64,000 bases of DNA, from contig OZ024742.1 in NCBI GenBank assembly GCA_964016885.1, positions 61,876,001 through 61,940,000 on the forward strand. Direction: 5' to 3'. This document shows positions 40,869 through 56,572 of this stretch, in pieces. The translations under genes and the position numbers were made by a program. Within the stretch, counting starts at the first letter, position 1, and each line of letters opens with the position of its first letter. The stretch is from Eledone cirrhosa. Its lineage: Eukaryota. The notes below the pieces were generated by a model. That model was not told the origin of the DNA. It ran no database searches and saw only the letters and a list, made by a program, of their open reading frames with translations.

Positions 40869-41476
40869 TAGTTGTTTGTAGGGGAGAATATGAAAATAAA
40901 AAATATTAAAAGTAGTGTGTGACAAATGATAGAATAAACGAAGCTAGAATGGAAGGATATTATATAGATATTTAATGAAATCCATAAAGCAAGAAAGACG
41001 AAAAAGGTTTCAGAGATGAATGTTTAAAATATAACTGGTAGTATATTTTGTCAACCCTGGAAGGATGATAGAGAGACCCGCACAAAATTTGAATTGGCGG
41101 ATCTATTAAGTTATGCAATGTGATGCTGAGAGGATATGGCGAGGGTGGAAAATTTTTCAGTATTTCCGTTATTAGAAACTAGGGTTATTTACCATAGGCA
41201 TTGTATTTCGATTATCTATGAAAAGATGTTCGATATATTATGTCTACTGGCGGTAGAGATACGTATATATTTTGATTTTCTTCTAGTTACTAAAAGTGAT
41301 ATTGTCAGATTTCGAGAGGTTTTCAAGGAATCTAGTTGCAAAGTAAAGCTAAAATGCAAGAGTTAAAGAGATGATTATATGTACATTCGGCTATATTTGT
41401 ACAATACTCATGAGCGTATCTATGAATATCTGTGTAGGCATGCCAGTCCGTCTCTCTCTCTCTCTCTCTCTCTATT

Positions 41477-41564
<88 letters not shown>

Positions 41565-42199
41565 CACAGAGAGAGAGACAGAGAGAGAGACAGCAGAATT
41601 AGTTACTTGTACAGATATACATGAAAATAATTAAATAAATAAAAGTAAATATTAGTCTTTAATAATTGATAGAATAACCGAACCCAGTATCGAACGATGT
41701 AAGATATTTAAGCAATTACTTGCGTAAGTGTAAAGTAGATAAGACCATAAAGATTCCAAAGCTTAATATTTAAAATATAACTTTAAAAAATGTTTAAATA
41801 TCCTCGCAGTCTCGGTGGTTGTGTGGTACAATTATTGGTTATATAATTGTGCAACTGTTAATTTTAAATAACACAGACTGTCAAGAAATAGAAGAAGAAT
41901 TTTGTTTCTCGTTTTACTAGAAGTGAGAATGTAGAAGGCGTCGTTGGGCTAAAGCCCCACTCGCCTCGATCGCTCTAACTGTGTCTTGGCTATAGCGTCA
42001 TCGGCATCGCTGGGCTAATACCCCGCTCCCCTCGGATGCTCTAGCTGTCTCTTCCTGGCAACCAGTATTTTTAGACCCAGTCCGCCAATGTGTATATATA
42101 TATATGTGTGTGCATGCATGCATGTATGTATTAATGTATGTACAACCATATATACATATCATATGCACCACATAGAGCTTTTCTGAACCTAAATTTAAC

Positions 42200-43150
42200 A
42201 GAAAGTTCCTTTAGCTCCTATTCTCTCCACTTCCAGATTTTTCTGCATTTCTTGTCCAGTCTTGTGCTTATGTCACTAATAACTAACTTATGTTAGGGAA
42301 AGACTTAGCATATAACCATCCATGTATCTTGTTTTCTAACAAGTAAGAAGTCAATCTGGCTTATGTGTTTGCCTGAATGGTAGGTGATCAGATGCCTGAC
42401 TAATTTCCTGAAGTTAGTACTGCAAATGGTTAATTCATTTGCATCATATAATTCTAGCAGCCGTGCTCTCTCTTCATTTCTTAAACTATAACCATAGCCA
42501 TAGCCACCATAATGTACTCCAATATAGCCATCATGATGCTTCCCAAGATGTCCAATGAAGGCACCAGCTATAATGATGAGATCTCTACCATCTGTAAACT
42601 GTAGTTGTCAGTTGGAGTTACTCATAGAACCTGTCCTTTTGTTCATTACTTAGTCATGCTTGTGGTGCATAGCTAGAGATAATTGCTATTCTATTACCAA
42701 TGACTAAGCTTGATAATTCAGTCACACTATTTCAATTACCTTATCTTATCTGTCCATTTCTCAGCTAGAAGATTGCCAACCCACCTACCCCCATATCATT
42801 TGCTACCCAGAAAAGCTTGTGTCTACTCTGTTTGCCTATGAATAGTCTTGCTGAGGTACCTTTCGATCATACCTCTTGAACACAGCATACAACCACGCGT
42901 CTCCTTTCAAGCGAACAATTTCTTCAGATAATCCACATTGAGAGTGGCTGCCCTGAGATATATTACTTAACAGTGGTGTATAGGTCATCCTTTGGTTGTA
43001 GCTCCCTGCACTTGAAAGAAAATATGGATGTGCATGTTTGATGATGGTCAAGGGGTTTGTCCTAGATACAACATATCCTTTTTTTATGTAAGTTTTGATA
43101 CTTCCAAAACAGTATAATATAACAACACATGAAGTCATAAGTCTGATTAA
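42200..43150 (-). mobile_element. Highly degenerate non-LTR retrotransposon fragment (R4-like RT thumb region)
   Basis: Remnant KLF...GVGGL (LYxxRxxGGRGL-like) motif and coding-like composition; many stops. Confidence 0.35.
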
Positions 43151-43214
43151 ATTGTTGATGCTATTGAAAATCTATTGATAAATTGCATTTCAGGAAGGGA
43201 AATATTTAAGGATT

Positions 43215-44000
43215 TTAACATATCGGACCGAATTTCATCTTCCCCCAGCGGCCTTGCCACATCTGAGATCGTTAACTGCTCTTGTGACCTAAGCATCTAA
43301 GAGATTAGTCACCGCTCGCAGATGCACCTCGTGTACATCAGAAGATGTTTAGGAGATCAGCAAAGTATTCTCTCCACCTCGCGAGGATCTATCTCTCTGA
43401 AGCGGAGAACTCCTGGTGCGTTCCTGATAGCAGGAGGACTTCTTAATAAGAAGTCGGTTGAGGTTCTGCCGGAACACTATATTTGCTGATCTGAAGTCGG
43501 ATTCCAGCTTGACCTCAACGTCCTCCCATGTCTTAACTTTGGACGCCTTTACTATCACTGCTGCAATTTATCATGCCTGTTTGTACCGCAACTTCAAGAA
43601 GATGCTATTCTGTTAGAGAACGGGTCGTAGGTGACGGATAGCGATACGGCCACCAGATTTGATTGTTAGTTTCGATATAAGCGGGCAACTGCCGGGCGAA
43701 TAAGCAACTCAGAGCCAACACCAGTAAACAACTAGGGAAGATGGAGTAATGCGTGACACCTATAGCTCCCAAGAAAACTCTCACAACCAAGTGTTGTAGC
43801 TATGACGAGGCGAGTAAATGCCGCCTCTAAAAAATCCTGGTGTAGCGGGTTTGAAAAGGAACCAGATAGGTAACTAGCGTGTATAAGACCACCAAAGCTG
43901 CAAAATAGTGAGAGGTACGAAAAAGAGCTATACCGCATTGTCCTTCATGCGGGTTAACAAGGGACACCTTCAGGCCTTAGGTAGAGGGGTCTGTTCGAAA
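43215..44000 (-). mobile_element. Degenerate LINE fragment
   Basis: RAVNDLRCGKAAGEDEIRSDML resembles the pre-RT K.GKA.G.D.I motif. Confidence 0.5.
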
Positions 44001-44326
44001 AATGTATTGCAGTCTCCATTGCATCCCACAAAAACTGGCGATGAGCCTGTGAATTGCCTTGGGAAGCGTGCGATAGACGCACAAATATTGCGTATCGTGA
44101 GACTCCAAAAAGGGTTCAGAAGGGAGCAAACCTTGACAATTGGATATACACACACACACACACACACATATATATCACTTGCCTCAGTCCCGATACCGGC
44201 AAACAACAATTCACAAGATAAGTTCAACCGAATATCCAAGCAATCAATCCAGTTAGTTATATATACATACATATATACAAAAAATAGTCTGTATTAGTAG
44301 CATGACAAAGTCCGTTCATTATATTA

Positions 44327-44520
44327 GCGGTGGATTGGCAGTATCGGTAGAGGGACGGACGCCATGCTTTGACGCATAGAGTTACGGTCCTTGCCATTCT
44401 GAGTTCAAATCCCGCCGAGGTTAACTTTGCCTTTCATCCTTACGGGGGTCGATAAAATAAAGTACCAGTAATGCACTGGGTAATTGCTGGCCTTGTGCCA
44501 AAAGTAGAAATAATTATATT
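44327..44520 (+). mobile_element. SINE copy (close to 2710-2892)
   Basis: Near-identical head, core and tail. Confidence 0.85.
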
Positions 44521-44685
44521 AGTCGATCCGGTCTGTTATATATATCATATTATCAAAATATTTTTCTTGTACATAAGCATACTAATGCTTGCGTCAAAAT
44601 CTTTCTCCATGATATATCTTTTTTTAACGATCTCCTTTTCGAAAGTTAAAGTGAAATTTGGCAGGCGGGAGCTGTATAGAAACTT

Positions 44686-44724
<39 letters not shown>

Positions 44725-45699
44725 TTCCATCTGCGTCCTCGTTTACCTAGCAATTCGACACATAAAGATCGATAAAATAAGTAACAGTGTTGATATAATC
44801 GAGTAAAATACTTCAAGACAGTGCCCCAGCATATCCGGAATCTAATGAGTGAAACCAGTAAAAGAATAAACGAATAATATACACGTATATTATTTTTTTA
44901 ATTCTGATTTCCATTTGTTTTTGTTGTTTTGTTTTGTTTTTTGCTTTTTTGTTCGTTGCGTAAATTATTCTTCGAAATGAAAAAAAGTTACTTTTTTTCT
45001 TAAATCCAAATCAATTTATTTATTTTTTAGTTTGTTTTTTTTTTTAATTCATTGATGAAATATTTTGTGAAAATTGTGTAAAATTATGGAGAAAGAAAGA
45101 AATTATTTTATTTTAATGCATTATTAAAATGTCTTCTTTGTTGTAGAATTTTTACAGAGAAATGTGGATGTTTTTCACGCATAATGTTTTTCACGAATAA
45201 TTGAAAGAAAGATCGCATAAAATAAAACTTAAAACCAACAGAAAATACAAATTCACTGAGAATTTCAAATTTTATAGGAAAAGTTCATTTAAAGGATTTT
45301 ATTATTGAAATAGCTATTTTTTCTTATTTTTTCTGTCGGATCTGACTATAGTTGCTATGGAAGTCAATAGTTTCCGTGTTTATTTCATCTAAGATCTTAT
45401 ATATGTGTGTGCATGGTGGTGAATGTGAAGGCGCATGAATTAGCAGTTGGTGTGTTTGGCTAGCGATTGTAAAGTCGTAAGTTCGATTTCCGTGTGTGCG
45501 TTAAGTTACTTTGCTCCAGTCCACTCAAATGGCAAAAATGAGTTGTGTCTGTAATTCAAAGGGATAACAGAGTGTGCGTGAGAGAAAGAAAATGATAAAA
45601 CGTGAGATAAAGAGAGTGAAATAAAGAAAAAGAGAATGAGAGAGAGCTAAAAGAAGAATTTTTTACTTTTACGAAAAATAGTGTTTATACTTAAATCAT

Positions 45700-45824
<125 letters not shown>

Positions 45825-45841
45825 ATCAAATTAAAAGGCAG

Positions 45842-45880
<39 letters not shown>

Positions 45881-45889
45881 GATTACTAT

Positions 45890-46045
45890 TATAGGCACAA
45901 GGCCAGTAAGTTTGGTGGAGGGGTAAGTCGATCAAATCTACCCAGTATGTTACTGGTACTATATTTTATCGACCCCGTAAGGATGAAAGGCAAAGATAAC
46001 CTCGGCGAGATTTGAACTCAAGCCGTAACTCTATGCTGCCAAGCA
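45890..46045 (-). mobile_element. SINE copy
   Basis: Reverse complement of gagttcaaatctcgccgagg..ggggtcgataaaa..ggccttgtgcc. Confidence 0.8.
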
Positions 46046-46195
46046 TGGAGCAACAAGGACGATTTGTCATGCCTTCATTACGTTTGTTGATGGGTGACGC
46101 GCGTTTCGCTATTGATCAGTTCAAGGTTCAATCTGTATCGATCTGGCCCGACTCTGGAATCAAACGCTCGTCGGATCTCTGGTGTTGTAATGACA

Positions 46196-46261
<66 letters not shown>

Positions 46262-46264
<3 letters not shown>

Positions 46265-46867
46265 ATATATGTATATATATTTGAATTCCAACTTTCTTTA
46301 GAGATAAGGTTGTTTATAAATAAACATTTAGAAAGCCGTAACTATGCAAAAACACTGGCAGCTAATGCCACCCAGCTGTGTCCAGCAGAACCAAGGGGGA
46401 CAATCGTCGATGCATTTCGAACTGAACTGGTTCTCGTCAGGACGATCTCTCCTAATCTTGCAACTGCTGGACCTTGAAAACAGGCGAAAATATATACTTT
46501 TCTCGTCTGTATAAATGAGGTGATTAATCTCATTTGCATGTGAAGCTGTGTAACTTGCCTCAACTTATGATAGAATAAAATTAGAATTTAGCTTCGAACA
46601 TAGCTGTATACAAATATATATTTGAATTTCGTATTTCTAAAGAAATACGGTGTGTTTATAAATAAACATTTAGAAACTGACCAGAACCAGTTCAGTTCGA
46701 AATGCATCGATGATTGTCCCCCTTACTTCTGGTGGACATTAGCTGCCAGTATTTTTGCAGAGCTAAGGCTTTCTAAATGTTTATTTATAAGCATAACGTA
46801 TTTCTTTAGAAATACGAAACTCAAAATACATATTTGTATACAGCTATGTTCAAAGCTAAATTCTAAT

Positions 46868-46870
<3 letters not shown>
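46262..46870. mobile_element. PLE terminal-repeat cluster with inverted copy; 46578-46870 is repeated in reverse at 48248-48510
   Basis: Shared ataaataaacatttagaaagccgta..gggggacaatc..gatgcatttcgaactgaactggttct segments in both orientations. Confidence 0.75.
46403..46446 (-). ncRNA. Minimal type I hammerhead, canonical core
   Basis: atcgtc-CTGACGA-gaac cagttca gttc-GAAA-tgca-TC-gacgat. Distal stem I extension gtccagcag/ctgctggac. Confidence 0.88.
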
Positions 46871-46934
<64 letters not shown>

Positions 46935-46991
46935 CGTAAAATAAGAAAATTTTAAAAAATTTTAAAAATTAACTTACTTACTAAAATTTTC

Positions 46992-47073
46992 ACTCCAACT
47001 AATTAGTTTCTGCAATGGGATAAAGACAGTTACGTAATATAACTGTCGAGAATTCATTGCGTCATCAGGGAGT
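46992..47073 (-). ncRNA. Type I hammerhead with branched stem II
   Basis: Reverse complement of 47468-47549. Confidence 0.82.
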
Positions 47074-47467
47074 CTATTCTCAGCTAAGTCTCCAGGCAAT
47101 GCGCGGACACTGGGGACTCATATAAAAATAATAATAATTCGGTAGATGGAACAGCTAGCGGGGACTGGATTCCATGCACTGAAAAGCTCGCTGTCTCTGG
47201 TCAAATGGCAGATTCTAAAGAATCAATCACGTGACACTGAGGCTAGTCGGTAGGAGTAGTAGGCTTCTGTCATCTTACCATCCCACTCCTACCGACTAGC
47301 CTCAGTGTCACGTGATTGATTCTTTAGAATCTGCCATTTGACCAGAGACAGCGAGCTTTTCAGTGCATGGAATCCAGTCCCCGCTAGCTGTTCCATCTAC
47401 CGAATTATTATTATTTTATATGAGTCCCCAGTGTCCGCGCATTGCCTGGAGACTTAGCTGAGAATAG

Positions 47468-47549
47468 ACTCCCTGATGACGCAATGAATTCTCGACAGTT
47501 ATATTACGTAACTGTCTTTATCCCATTGCAGAAACTAATTAGTTGGAGT
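47468..47549 (+). ncRNA. Type I hammerhead with branched stem II
   Basis: actcc-CTGATGA-c gcaatg...gacagtta tattacg taactgtc...cattgc a-GAAA-ctaattag-TT-ggagt. Confidence 0.85.
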
Positions 47550-47724
47550 GAAAATTTTAGTAAGTAAGTTAATTTTTTTAATTTTTTAAAATGTTCTTAT
47601 TTTACGTCTTTTATATTATTGTTCTGCATCCTCCTGCATTGAACCACCTAGGTACTATGACATAACCTGTGTATTTGCGAGCATTAGCGTACATCTGTAC
47701 GCATATGTTAGTAGATATACTAAA

Positions 47725-47836
<112 letters not shown>

Positions 47837-47970
47837 ATACATATGCATATACATATATATATATACATATATACATATATACATATATATATATACATAT
47901 ATACATATATACATATATATACATATATATATATATATACATATATATGCATATATATATATATATATAC

Positions 47971-48011
<41 letters not shown>

Positions 48012-48132
48012 TATACATATATACATATATATACATATATACATATATACATATACATATATATATATATATATACATATATATACATATATATATATAT
48101 GGATATGCATATGTATATATATATATGTATAT

Positions 48133-48251
<119 letters not shown>

Positions 48252-48559
48252 GAATTTAGCTTTGAACATAGCTGTATACAAATATGTATTTTGAGTTTCG
48301 TATTTCTAAAGAAATACGTTATGCTTATAAATAAACATTTAGAAAGCCGTAGCTCTGCAAAAATACTGGCAACTAATGTCCAGCAGAAGTAAGGGGGACA
48401 ATCATCGATGCATTTCGAACTGAACTGGTTCTGGTCAGTTTCTAAATGTTTATTTATAAACACACCGTATTTCTTTAGAAATACGAAATTCAAATACATA
48501 TTTGTATACAGATGTATATATATATATATGTATACATATATATATATACATATATATAT

Positions 48560-48606
<47 letters not shown>

Positions 48607-48637
48607 CATATATATATATATACATCTTTATATATAC

Positions 48638-48712
<75 letters not shown>

Positions 48713-48775
48713 CATATATATATACATATATATATACATATATATATATATACATATATATATATACATATATAT

Positions 48776-48896
<121 letters not shown>

Positions 48897-48909
48897 TACA
48901 GATACATAT

Positions 48910-48943
<34 letters not shown>

Positions 48944-48947
48944 ATAC

Positions 48948-48986
<39 letters not shown>

Positions 48987-49029
48987 TAGATAAATATACA
49001 CGGGTGTGTATGGTTGTGTATAGAAGATT

Positions 49030-49855
49030 ATATTAATAAAAGGAATTCCAACTTTGTCTGATTTACTCGTTTTATTTCCAATCCTTTAAAATTTATAATG
49101 GTATTAGAATGAAATAGTATGGTAGAATATTAAATGTTAAGTGTTAATTGAACAAGTACTTTCATGCTTTCGCAATCTTCAGGTTCATATTTTGTGGTGA
49201 CAGTCAAGTTTGTAATTTTCAACTGTAATGAGATGGGTAAATTTTGTGCCTTATATACAGTAAAAAGTGGCTACAGAATGCTAAATCTTGCAAACTGTAT
49301 TTCGACCAATCGGTGTGTAGTTTCACTGGATTACTAAAGCTGATTGGTTTAGGCGTCACGGTTGGTTGAGCATGTCTAACGACTACTAATTGACCCTATC
49401 CAAAGCATCAATTGTTTTGCTATTTTTAGAAATGATGAAAATAGCATTTTCTAGTAATCATCACCATCAACATCACTTTTATTATTATTATTGTTGTTGC
49501 TGTTGTTAGTGGTCGTAGTCATAGTCATAGTAGGATTAATTTCCCATTATTATTTTTCATTTAGCTTGGGTTTGAATTTATCAATAAAATTCTTTTCTTT
49601 GATTTTTCTCTTGATTTCACTTGGGCTGTGTAATTTGTAGAATATTATAAATATTCTCTGACCACATGTTGCTAGATAGTTACTCAGGGGTATCTGACGG
49701 ACATTTGGGTCTCTGATTTTCTGTCGGTGTACTCGTGCACGTTCCGATAGTGCATTTCCAGTTTGACCGACATATAGTTCTTCACAATTCGGGCATTTAA
49801 TGCAGTAAATTAGATTTCTGCTTTTGCAGGTCATATTTGCATTTGGGAATATTTA
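49030..49855 (-). mobile_element. PLE 3' fragment: GIY-YIG endonuclease end, 3' UTR and hammerhead
   Basis: ORF 49550-49834: [33 protein letters not shown]. Confidence 0.85.
49149..49187 (-). ncRNA. Minimal type I hammerhead
   Basis: tgaac-CTGAAGA-ttgc gaaa gcat-GAAA-gtac-TT-gttca. GNRA-capped stem II, palindromic stem III, CUU triplet. Confidence 0.82.
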
Positions 49856-49927
49856 TACACATATATACACATATATATATATATGTGTATATACATATAT
49901 ATATATGTGTGTATATACATATATATA

Positions 49928-49993
<66 letters not shown>

Positions 49994-50114
49994 TATACAC
50001 ATATATATATACACACATATATATATACATATATATATACATATATATATATATATACATATATATACACATATATATATATACACATATATATACACAT
50101 ATATATATACACAC

Positions 50115-50163
<49 letters not shown>

Positions 50164-50186
50164 CATATATATATACATATATATAC

Positions 50187-50218
<32 letters not shown>

Positions 50219-50220
50219 AC

Positions 50221-50267
<47 letters not shown>

Positions 50268-50270
50268 CAC

Positions 50271-50319
<49 letters not shown>

Positions 50320-50332
50320 CATATATATATAC

Positions 50333-50433
<101 letters not shown>

Positions 50434-50517
50434 CATATATATATATATACATATATATATATACATATATATATATACATATATATATATATACATATAT
50501 ATATATACATATATATT

Positions 50518-52052
50518 TAAAAGAATAGAGGTATAATACATGAGTTATGATATATTGGTAAAAGGAAAAGAAAATGCTGACAAATTGTTCCCAGTGAAAA
50601 TTAGTTTAATTAGGAATAAGTAAAAATTAGTAATAGTATTGGTTAGTATTCAATTTTGGTTTTAAGTTTTTGCCGGTTGCGCATTTCTAATGCTATTCAA
50701 AAATAATTTTGAGATAGAGCGCCCGTGATGTTTGCTCTAATCTGATTAGTTTTGGAAATTCTACCTGTTTTATGTGAAAAAAGTGGCTCCAGATGTATTA
50801 AAATAAGTTTCGCGCCAATTCGTGTTGCAAAAATTCTTGTGGTCAAAACAATTTTGATTGGTCGGTAGAGGTCATGTGAATGTTAAAAATTGATTTTGTG
50901 CCAAATGTAGGTTTGTCTCGGCTGATTGAGAAGTCACTGAAAAATAAGTCTTTCAAGACAAATATGTGTGTGTGTGTGTGTAGTAGTAGTAGTAAAGAGG
51001 TTCATTGTTGTGATAATGGTCAGTAGGGATGTGTGTGTGAATTGCAGTTTGTTGACAGATCAATAGTTCAGATGCCTATTAAGACAAGTGTGTGTGTTTG
51101 TGTGTGTGTAGCAGAGTAATTCGTGGTAGAGGGATCGATCAGTAGGAATGTGTCTGTACGTGTGTGGGGGATATTTTAACATGTTAAAAGATATTTTTCA
51201 GCTCTTGTCTTATACGGAGAAGTGTGTGTATATGTCTCTTTGTATGTTAGTGTACGCGTGTGTATGTGTCTGTGTATATATGTGTGTGTGTGTATGTGTG
51301 TATGTGTGTGTGTGGGTGGGTGGACCAGTATTTTTGTGATACTGGTAAAAATGGTGTACATTATTCGATATTTTCAGTAAAAACGATTCTCTCAATAGAA
51401 CATCAAAAACCTTATTAATAAAGGTGTGAAATGATATATAGTATTGGCATAACACCAAGGTGTGTGTGAGTGTCCAGATTGTACGTACTGCAAGGGGAAT
51501 CCATTAGGCCTTGCCGTATTGGAATACTTGTGTACAAATATGTATGTGCCCATCAGTGTGCAATGCATGTGTGCGTATATGTATGTGTGTGTGTCGGCAC
51601 GTTTATATCTATAGACATCAAAAGATATGCAAATTTGTGTATATTTGTGTTGCACCATAGAACATGTGTGTTTGCGTATGTCATTGTGTTTATATGTGGA
51701 TAGAGATGTATGTAGGATGTATGCTGATGTTGGTATGTATGTTGACGTGTGTATGTTGTGGGTTCGTCTTAGGGAGAAGTGTTTAGATGGGGTCCCTATT
51801 TGTTAATAAAGTGAGATTCCTTGCTGATGCGCTGGGTGTAGGTGGCATTATCTTTAAATTTGTAGAGGGGAAAGATTCTGAAGTTGGGATGATTTTCAAA
51901 ATTATTTTTGAAAAGCATTAGAAATGCGGAACCGGCAAAAACTTAAAACCAAAAGTGAATACTAACCAATACTATTACTAATTTTTACTTATTCCAAATT
52001 AAACTATTTTCACTGGGAACAATTTGTCAGCATTTTCTTTTCCTTTTACCAA
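50518..52052. mobile_element. Non-coding element with ~160-bp inverted ends (PLE 3' UTR-like)
   Basis: 50553-50711 is inverted at 51896-52053. The left end matches 30793-31143. (TA)n flanks. Confidence 0.65.
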
Positions 52053-52085
52053 TATACATATATATATATACATATATATATATAC

Positions 52086-52116
<31 letters not shown>

Positions 52117-52247
52117 CATATATATACATATATATATATACATATATATATATACATACATATACATATATATATACATATATATATATATATTTATATA
52201 AATACATATATATATACATTTATATACATATATATACATATATATAC

Positions 52248-52282
<35 letters not shown>

Positions 52283-52397
52283 CATATATATACATATATA
52301 TACTTATATATACATATATATATACGTATATATACATATATATATATACATATATATATATACATATATATACATATATATATACATATATATATAC

Positions 52398-52430
<33 letters not shown>

Positions 52431-52585
52431 CATGCATATATATACATATATATATACATATATATACATATATATATACATATATATAGATATATATATA
52501 CATATATATATATATACATATATATACATATATATATATACATATATATATATACATACATATACATATACATATATATATAACA

Positions 52586-52623
<38 letters not shown>

Positions 52624-52690
52624 CATACATATACATATATATATACATTTATATACATATATATACATATATATATACATATGTATATAC

Positions 52691-52723
<33 letters not shown>

Positions 52724-52838
52724 CATATATATACATATATATACATATATATACATATATATACATATATATATACATATATATACATATATATATATAT
52801 ATACATATATATATACATATATATACATATATATATAC

Positions 52839-52883
<45 letters not shown>

Positions 52884-53110
52884 CATACATATATATACAT
52901 ATATATATACATATATATACATATATATATACATATATATATAGATATATAGATATATATATATACATATATATATACGTATATGTATATATATATAAAT
53001 ATATATAAATATATACATACATACATATATATATATATACATATGTATATATATATATATGTATATATATGTATACATATGTATATATATATATATACAT
53101 ATATATATAC

Positions 53111-53181
<71 letters not shown>

Positions 53182-53252
53182 CATATATATATATACATAT
53201 ATATATATACTTATATATATATATACATATATATATATAAATATATATATAC

Positions 53253-53283
<31 letters not shown>

Positions 53284-53328
53284 CATATATATATACATAT
53301 ACATATTATACAATATATATATATATAC

Positions 53329-53392
<64 letters not shown>

Positions 53393-53408
53393 CATATATA
53401 TATATACT

Positions 53409-53442
<34 letters not shown>

Positions 53443-53510
53443 CATATATATATGTATACATATATATATATACATATATATATATATACGTATATATATA
53501 CATATACATA
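52053..53510. repeat. Very long degenerate (TA)n/(TACA)n microsatellite; similar blocks at 47750-48965, 49860-50515, 53910-54715, 55270-55805, 57015-57570, 61510-62183 and 63290-63690
   Basis: Directly visible. These blocks generate the spurious I/Y/M-rich ORFs. Confidence 0.95.
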
Positions 53511-53512
53511 TT

Positions 53513-53660
53513 ATGGTGGCCGCCAACTCGTTTTCGAGTACGGCCACTACTTTATATCCATGTAGGAGAACCCCTACCGATGCGCTGAACGAGTGTGACT
53601 TTTTAGTCCAGCCAGCGACTTGAAAACTCTGGTACAAACACTACACTTGTGACAATTATT
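53513..53660 (-). mobile_element. RTE (BovB-like) LINE 3' end with C2H2 finger and terminal stem-loop
   Basis: [23 protein letters not shown] followed by the tail gtggccgtactcgaaaacgagttggcggccacca. Confidence 0.65.
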
Positions 53661-53976
53661 GACACATAGTGCTGGGCCCATGGTACCATGTGACGACAAG
53701 TGCAGAGAGATCTCCAGATATAAAGCAATGCCTGTGCCGTGAAGCTTTTATAGTGAGCAAAGGCACTGCACAAAGCCAGTCCCACTCTCTTAACCAAGAT
53801 GATATTTACCAAAAAGAAGAACAAGTCAACATCATTGGATACCATCAGGGTTGCAGGTGTTATATCAGAGTTTTCCTTCTCCTAGAATTCTGCCTTGACA
53901 ATTATATTATACATATATATATACATATATATATACATATACATATACATATATATATACATATATATATATATAC

Positions 53977-54007
<31 letters not shown>

Positions 54008-54024
54008 CATATATATATAAATAC

Positions 54025-54167
<143 letters not shown>

Positions 54168-54247
54168 CATATATATATATACATATATATATCCCACCCT
54201 TGCAAGCAGGGAAAAGCGGACGTAAAATGATGATGATGATGATGATG

Positions 54248-54309
<62 letters not shown>

Positions 54310-54391
54310 ATACATATACATATATATACATATATATATATATACATATATATACATATATACATATACATATATATATACATATATATAC

Positions 54392-54422
<31 letters not shown>

Positions 54423-54459
54423 CATATATATACATATACATATATATACATATATATAC

Positions 54460-54490
<31 letters not shown>

Positions 54491-54633
54491 CATATACATA
54501 TATATACATATATATAATATACATATACATATATATACATATATATATACATATATATATACATATATATATATATACATATATATATACATACATATAT
54601 ATACATATATATATATACATATATATATATACG

Positions 54634-54679
<46 letters not shown>

Positions 54680-54716
54680 CATATATATATATACATATAT
54701 ATATACATATATATAT

Positions 54717-54939
54717 GATGGCTGCCCCCTCGTTATCGAGTATGGCCATTGCACGAGAAAAAAATAAAAATAAAAATAATAATAATAAATAAATAAAAAA
54801 GAAAAAAAAAGAAAGAAAGAAAAAAAAAGAAATATATATATATATACACAGACATACATAAATACACATATATATACACACATATACATTAATAAAAATA
54901 ATAATAATAACGACAACAACAATAATAATATACATATAC

Positions 54940-54974
<35 letters not shown>

Positions 54975-55270
54975 TAAACATATCTATACACACACACGCC
55001 CGATAGCAACTAACAGCGCTGCGATCGAATGTGTCTTTTTAGCCCAGCCAATGATCTAAAATGTCTTGCACAGAGTCGGCAACCAAAACATTCACTGGGA
55101 ATAGCCGGCTGTGGTTGGAGTTCATGTACTTTTGCATGTCGCTTGTGCCCTCCTGCTGATTTACATTCTCTACCACATGTTTGGCAAGCATGATGAGTAG
55201 CATCTCCAACAGCAGCCTGGTAGTCAACCAATGGTCTTACTTTATGACTGCGAAGATGACTTTCGAGTCC
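54717..55270 (-). mobile_element. RTE (BovB-like) LINE 3' end with tandem C2H2 fingers, interrupted by low-complexity DNA
   Basis: [50 protein letters not shown], then tail tggccatactcgataacgagggggcagccatc. Confidence 0.6.
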
Positions 55271-55356
55271 ATATATATATATATACATACATATACATAT
55301 ATATATATATATATATACATACATATACATATATATATACACATATATATATACAC

Positions 55357-55459
<103 letters not shown>

Positions 55460-55528
55460 TACATATATATATATATGCATATAAACATATATACATATAT
55501 ACATATATATACCCATATACATATATAC

Positions 55529-55581
<53 letters not shown>

Positions 55582-55587
55582 GACATA

Positions 55588-55619
<32 letters not shown>

Positions 55620-55810
55620 CATATATATATATACATATATATACACATATATATACATATATATATACATATATATATACATATCTATATACATATATAT
55701 ATATATACATATATATATATACATATATATATATACATATATATATATACATATATATATACATATATATACATATATATATAAACATATATATATACAT
55801 ATAAATATGT

Positions 55811-56572
55811 AACGGCGATGAATTAGTTTTGCGAGGTTTTTGATATGAAGTCGTGTGTCGAAACAAATATTTTTATACTTGGAGAGGGTCATATTTATGT
55901 AATAATATTGCCAGAATTAATAACAGAACACACTCACTGTTTGGTTGGTTTTCGCTTTTCGCTTCTGTGTCTTTTATATCGGTAATCTAATTTATTCGGT
56001 CCTCAATGTTGCCATTGACTGACCAACGGTCAAAAATAATACAGATATAATATAGACACAAACATATATATATAGTTTATCAAAGTTCTTTCGTTGCACA
56101 TCTGCAACATCGTCAGTGGTGCTAGTGTTTCCTCCCGTTGCATTGTATTTTCTATGCCATCTTTATTTAGTCTGTTTATATATTTATTTTAAGAAAACAC
56201 ACTGTACTAATAGGAAATGTATCATATGCAATGTGAACCCCCGGATAAACTGTAAAACTAGAAACGTAGTCTATAGCATAAGATGTACAATGGGAGGAAA
56301 CAATAGCACCACTAGCGATGTTGCAGATGTGCAATGAAAGAACTTTGATAAACTATATATATGTGTTTGTGTCTATATTGTATCTGTATTATTTTTGACC
56401 GTTGGTCAGTCAATGGAAACATTTCGGACCGAATAAATTAGATTACCGATATAAAAGACACAGAAGCGAAAAGCGAAAACCAACCAAACAGTGAGTGTGT
56501 TCTGTTATTAATTCTGGCAATATTACACAAATATGACCCTTCCCCCCCCCCCCGCCTCCAAGTATAACAATA
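55811..56572. mobile_element. Fold-back PLE fragment of the same family as 5560-7951
   Basis: 55875-56137 is inverted at 56291-56570. Contains KKTHCTNRKCIICNVNPRINCKTRNVVYSIRCT, almost identical to the 6372-7667 ORF end. Hammerhead remnant at 56079-56120. Confidence 0.85.

Noticed and set aside
46676-46720. Additional hammerhead copies here and at ~48400-48440
   Set aside because: The core is mutated to CUGACCA and the 5' strand of stem I is lost at a junction.
55010-55270. Host C2H2 zinc-finger gene
   Set aside because: It is followed by the RTE-type terminal stem-loop, has a paralogous fragment at 53513-53660, and shows no splice signals; better explained as a LINE C-terminus.
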